From NCBI GenBank assembly GCA_963717745.1, contig CAVQXJ010000002.1:222063-286062 (forward strand): a DNA stretch of 64,000 nt. The letters are read 5' to 3'. This document shows positions 61,428 through 64,000 of the stretch, piece by piece; position 1 is the first letter of the stretch, and each line of letters begins with the position of its first letter. The notes beneath the pieces are model-generated. The model saw only the letters and a list, made by a program, of their open reading frames with translations, was not told the origin of the DNA and searched no databases. A program made the position numbers and the translations under genes. The DNA is from an uncultured Acidobacteriota bacterium (GTDB taxonomy: Bacteria > Acidobacteriota > Vicinamibacteria > Vicinamibacterales > 2-12-FULL-66-21).

Positions 61428-61592
61428 CTAGTGTCCCGTCCCAGTGGTTCGCGACACAAGTCCCGGGCGGGGCATCCCGCCTCGCAGCGTTGCTCCTCGC
61501 TCAGATACTCCCGGTATCCTCGCTCGTCGCGCCTTGCGATCCGGGCGCCGCGCCCGGGACTCATGCCACGATCCACTGGGACGGGACACTAG
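61428..61592. repeat. repeat family F copy 2: perfect 20-bp TIRs + conserved ~99-nt core
   Basis: CTAGTGTCCCGTCCCAGTGG (61428-61447) is the exact reverse complement of 61573-61592. Core 61461-61559 is homologous to 23058-23157. Confidence 0.9.
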
Positions 61593-62621
61593 TCAGAAAT
61601 GAGTGAACCCTGACGGGAGCGGCTGGGAGACGCCATCGGTCTCGAGCAGAATAGCAGGCGCCGCCGTGAGCTCGCCGATTCGAGTGACGGGCACGCCGCG
61701 GGCCTGTTGGATCACGGTCCGGAGCCGTCCGCCGCGCCGTGGCGACACCGTGAACAACAGCTCGTAGTCGTCGCCGCCGGCCAGGGCGGAGGCGACCGGG
61801 TCTTCCCCCGCCGCCGCGAACCACCGCCGCGCGGCGTCCGGGATGGGAATCGCCTTCGCGTTGACGATCGCGCCGGTTCCACTGGCGCGGGCAATCGCGG
61901 TCACTGCGTCGGCGAGGCCGTCGCTGAGATCCATGCACGCCTTTGCACACCGGGTGCGTCCCAGAATCGCGCCGATCCGGGTTCTCGGCGTGGGTCGCCG
62001 GTGCCGGGCGGTCAACGCCGCGATGTCCTCCGGCTCGGCCTGTCCAGCTCCCCGGTGGCGCCGGAGCCACCCCAGGCCCGCCGCGGCGGCGCCGATGGAT
62101 CCGGTGACGTAAAGGGCGTCACCAGGCCGGCCGCCCGACCGGGTCAGCACCCGCCGCTCACGGACGTCGCCGACGGCGGTTACGTCGAGGATCAGCGGGC
62201 CTGGCGAACGGGCGATGTTGCCGCCGGCGAGCGTCACCCCCGCCTCCGCGGCCATTTCCGCGAATCCGTCCAGGAGGGCATCGACCTCGGCGACGGTCAA
62301 CCGCTCCGGCAGAATCAGGGACAGCAGTGCGAGGCGCGGCGTCCCGCCCATGGCCGCGACGTCGCTGACGTTCACCGCGAGCGCCTTGTAGCCGACGTCC
62401 GCGAACGAGGAGAATCCGAGGTCGAAGTGGATGCCCTCGACCAGCGCATCCGTGGTCAGGACCTGCAGCTCGCCTCGCGTCCCCGCCGCGACCGCGGCGT
62501 CGTCGCCGATCCCGGTGTGGAGGCCTTTGGAGACGGGGAAGCGCTCGCGGATGCGCTCGATGAGCGCCCGTTCGCCGATCGTGCCGATGGAAGGGGACTG
62601 GCTGCTACCGGGCGTATTCAA
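61593..62621 (-). CDS. thiL: thiamine-monophosphate kinase
   Basis: IGERALIERI...GIGDDAAV...LLTTDALVEGIHF...GGNIAR...ACMDLSDGLADA...GGDDYELLFTV. Confidence 0.9.
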   Translation of the reverse strand: MNTPGSSQSPSIGTIGERALIERIRERFPVSKGLHTGIGDDAAVAAGTRGELQVLTTDALVEGIHFDLGFSSFADVGYKALAVNVSDVAAMGGTPRLALLSLILPERLTVAEVDALLDGFAEMAAEAGVTLAGGNIARSPGPLILDVTAVGDVRERRVLTRSGGRPGDALYVTGSIGAAAAGLGWLRRHRGAGQAEPEDIAALTARHRRPTPRTRIGAILGRTRCAKACMDLSDGLADAVTAIARASGTGAIVNAKAIPIPDAARRWFAAAGEDPVASALAGGDDYELLFTVSPRRGGRLRTVIQQARGVPVTRIGELTAAPAILLETDGVSQPLPSGFTHF

Positions 62622-64000
62622 CAGCGCGCGTCTCGCGGATGACCGTGACTTTGATCTGACCGGGATATTCGAGCTCGTTCTCGATGCGGCGGGCGATGTC
62701 CTTCGAGAGCCAGACCGTCTCCTCGTCTGAGATGCGCTCGCTCTCGACCAGGATCCGGATCTCCCGGCCGGCCTGCAGAGCGAAGGCCTTCGACACCCCC
62801 TCGAACGAATCGGCGATGCCTTCGAGCTTCTCGAGCCGCTTCACGTACGACTCGAGAATGTCGCGGCGGGCACCGGGCCTGGCCGCCGAAATCGCGTCCG
62901 CCGCCTGCACCAGCATCGCTTCGAGCGACGGCCAGTCGATGTCCATGTGGTGAGCCGCGACCGCGAGCAGCACCGGCTCCGACTCACCGTGCTTCCGCAG
63001 GAAGTCGAGTCCGAGCTCGAGATGCGTGCCCTGGAGATCGCGGTCGATGGCTTTGCCGATGTCGTGCAGGAACGCGGCGCGGGTCGCGACCGGCGAATTG
63101 AGGCCGAGCTCCTTGGCCATGATCCCGGCCAGGAACGCGACTTCCTTCGAGTGATTCAAGACGTTCTGGCCGTAGCTGGTGCGGAATTTCAGCCGCCCCA
63201 TCAGGCGCAGCACCTCGGGGTGCAGGTCGTAGAGGCCGAGCTCGAAGGCGGCGGCTTCTCCCTCGCGCCGCACCGTCTCCTCCATGTCGACCTTGACCTT
63301 GGCGACGATCTCTTCGATGCGGGCCGGGTGGATCCGTCCGTCGGCAATCAGCCGCTCGATCGCCTGCCGGGCGATCTCGCGCCGCAGCGGATCGAAGCTC
63401 GAAAGAATGATGGCGCCGGGCGTGTCGTCGACGATCAGCTCGACACCGGTCGCGGTCTCGAGCGCGCGGATGTTCCGCCCCTCGCGGCCGATGATCCGCC
63501 CTTTCAAATCGTCGCTGGGCAGGTCGACCACCGACACGGTGGTTTCGATGGTGTGCTCCGCGGCGCTGCGCTGGATCGCATCGACGACGATCTGCTGGGC
63601 GCGTGCGGCCGCGGTCTCGCGCGCCTCGGTCTCGAGCCGCTTCACCAGGTTGGCGGCATCGCGCCGCACCTCTCCCTCGAGCTGCTTCAGCAGCACCTCG
63701 CGGGCCTCTTCGGCGCTGAGCCCGGCGACGCGCTGCAGCTCTCGCTGCCGCTCGGCCACCAGCTGCTCGGCGCGCGCGCCGTTGGCCGCGGCCGCTTCTT
63801 CGCTGCCGGCGACCTGGCGCTCCCGCGCGCGCAGGTCCTGTTCGAGCCGATCGGTGGTGGTGAGCCGGTCGGCCAGCGCGCGGGTCTTGTCGGCGAGCGC
63901 CTGCTCGAGCGACAGGATCTCCTGGCGCCGGTCGCGCAGCTGGTGCTCCGCCTCGGCGGAGATCTGCTGCGCCTTTTCCCGCGCGTCGACGATAGCTTCC
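62605..64000 (-). CDS. rny: ribonuclease Y (N-terminus beyond window edge)
   Basis: KH domain (LKGRIIGREGRNIRALETATGVELIVDD) plus HD domain (NVLNHSKEVAFLAGIMAKELG...AAFLHDIGKA). The coiled-coil frame stays open upstream of 63759 to position 64000. Confidence 0.9.
   Translation of the reverse strand, partial: EAIVDAREKAQQISAEAEHQLRDRRQEILSLEQALADKTRALADRLTTTDRLEQDLRARERQVAGSEEAAAANGARAEQLVAERQRELQRVAGLSAEEAREVLLKQLEGEVRRDAANLVKRLETEARETAAARAQQIVVDAIQRSAAEHTIETTVSVVDLPSDDLKGRIIGREGRNIRALETATGVELIVDDTPGAIILSSFDPLRREIARQAIERLIADGRIHPARIEEIVAKVKVDMEETVRREGEAAAFELGLYDLHPEVLRLMGRLKFRTSYGQNVLNHSKEVAFLAGIMAKELGLNSPVATRAAFLHDIGKAIDRDLQGTHLELGLDFLRKHGESEPVLLAVAAHHMDIDWPSLEAMLVQAADAISAARPGARRDILESYVKRLEKLEGIADSFEGVSKAFALQAGREIRILVESERISDEETVWLSKDIARRIENELEYPGQIKVTVIRETRAVEYAR

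Overview
High-GC bacterial chromosomal segment. The gene content is most consistent with Acidobacteriota (inference): three tandem ADOP-type duplicated FtsX/MacB-like permeases, a CarboxypepD_reg-type TonB-dependent receptor, and many secreted or outer-membrane proteins. About 48 protein-coding genes are supportable, plus one tmRNA (ssrA, 42535-42888, minus strand).

Housekeeping blocks:
- amidase-GerMN-rph-rdgB (36.7-40.2 kb)
- rny-thiL (61.6-64 kb)
- slt
- a heterodimeric ABC exporter pair (56.5-60.2 kb)

Accessory-looking parts:
- a vapBC cassette bracketed by a 32-bp direct repeat inside the ADOP array (9.7-10.5 kb)
- a beta-helix protein plus an orphan DUF2778/Tlde1-like ORF (13-15.3 kb)
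- a YfiR / TonB receptor / LuxI-FeeM-like N-acyltransferase / adenylate-forming ligase / O-methyltransferase neighbourhood (20.4-26.5 kb)
- an ECF-sigma operon ending in a 29-aa x ~9 tandem-repeat protein (32.4-36.7 kb)

The most unusual signal is non-coding. Many intergenic spacers carry a long hairpin or half-hairpin from one of several repeat families, named A-G and R here. Many arms are themselves degenerate tandem 7-9-mers. Family F is a ~165-171 bp TIR-bounded element with a conserved ~100-nt core, and its two copies exactly fill two intergenic gaps.

Seven reading-frame disruptions are visible in five genes, three of them in cstA. Six behave as one surplus base, so assembly error and true pseudogenisation cannot be separated from sequence alone.

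No CRISPR array, rRNA, tRNA, integrase or transposase gene was seen. All similarity statements are by-eye motif recognition, not database searches.
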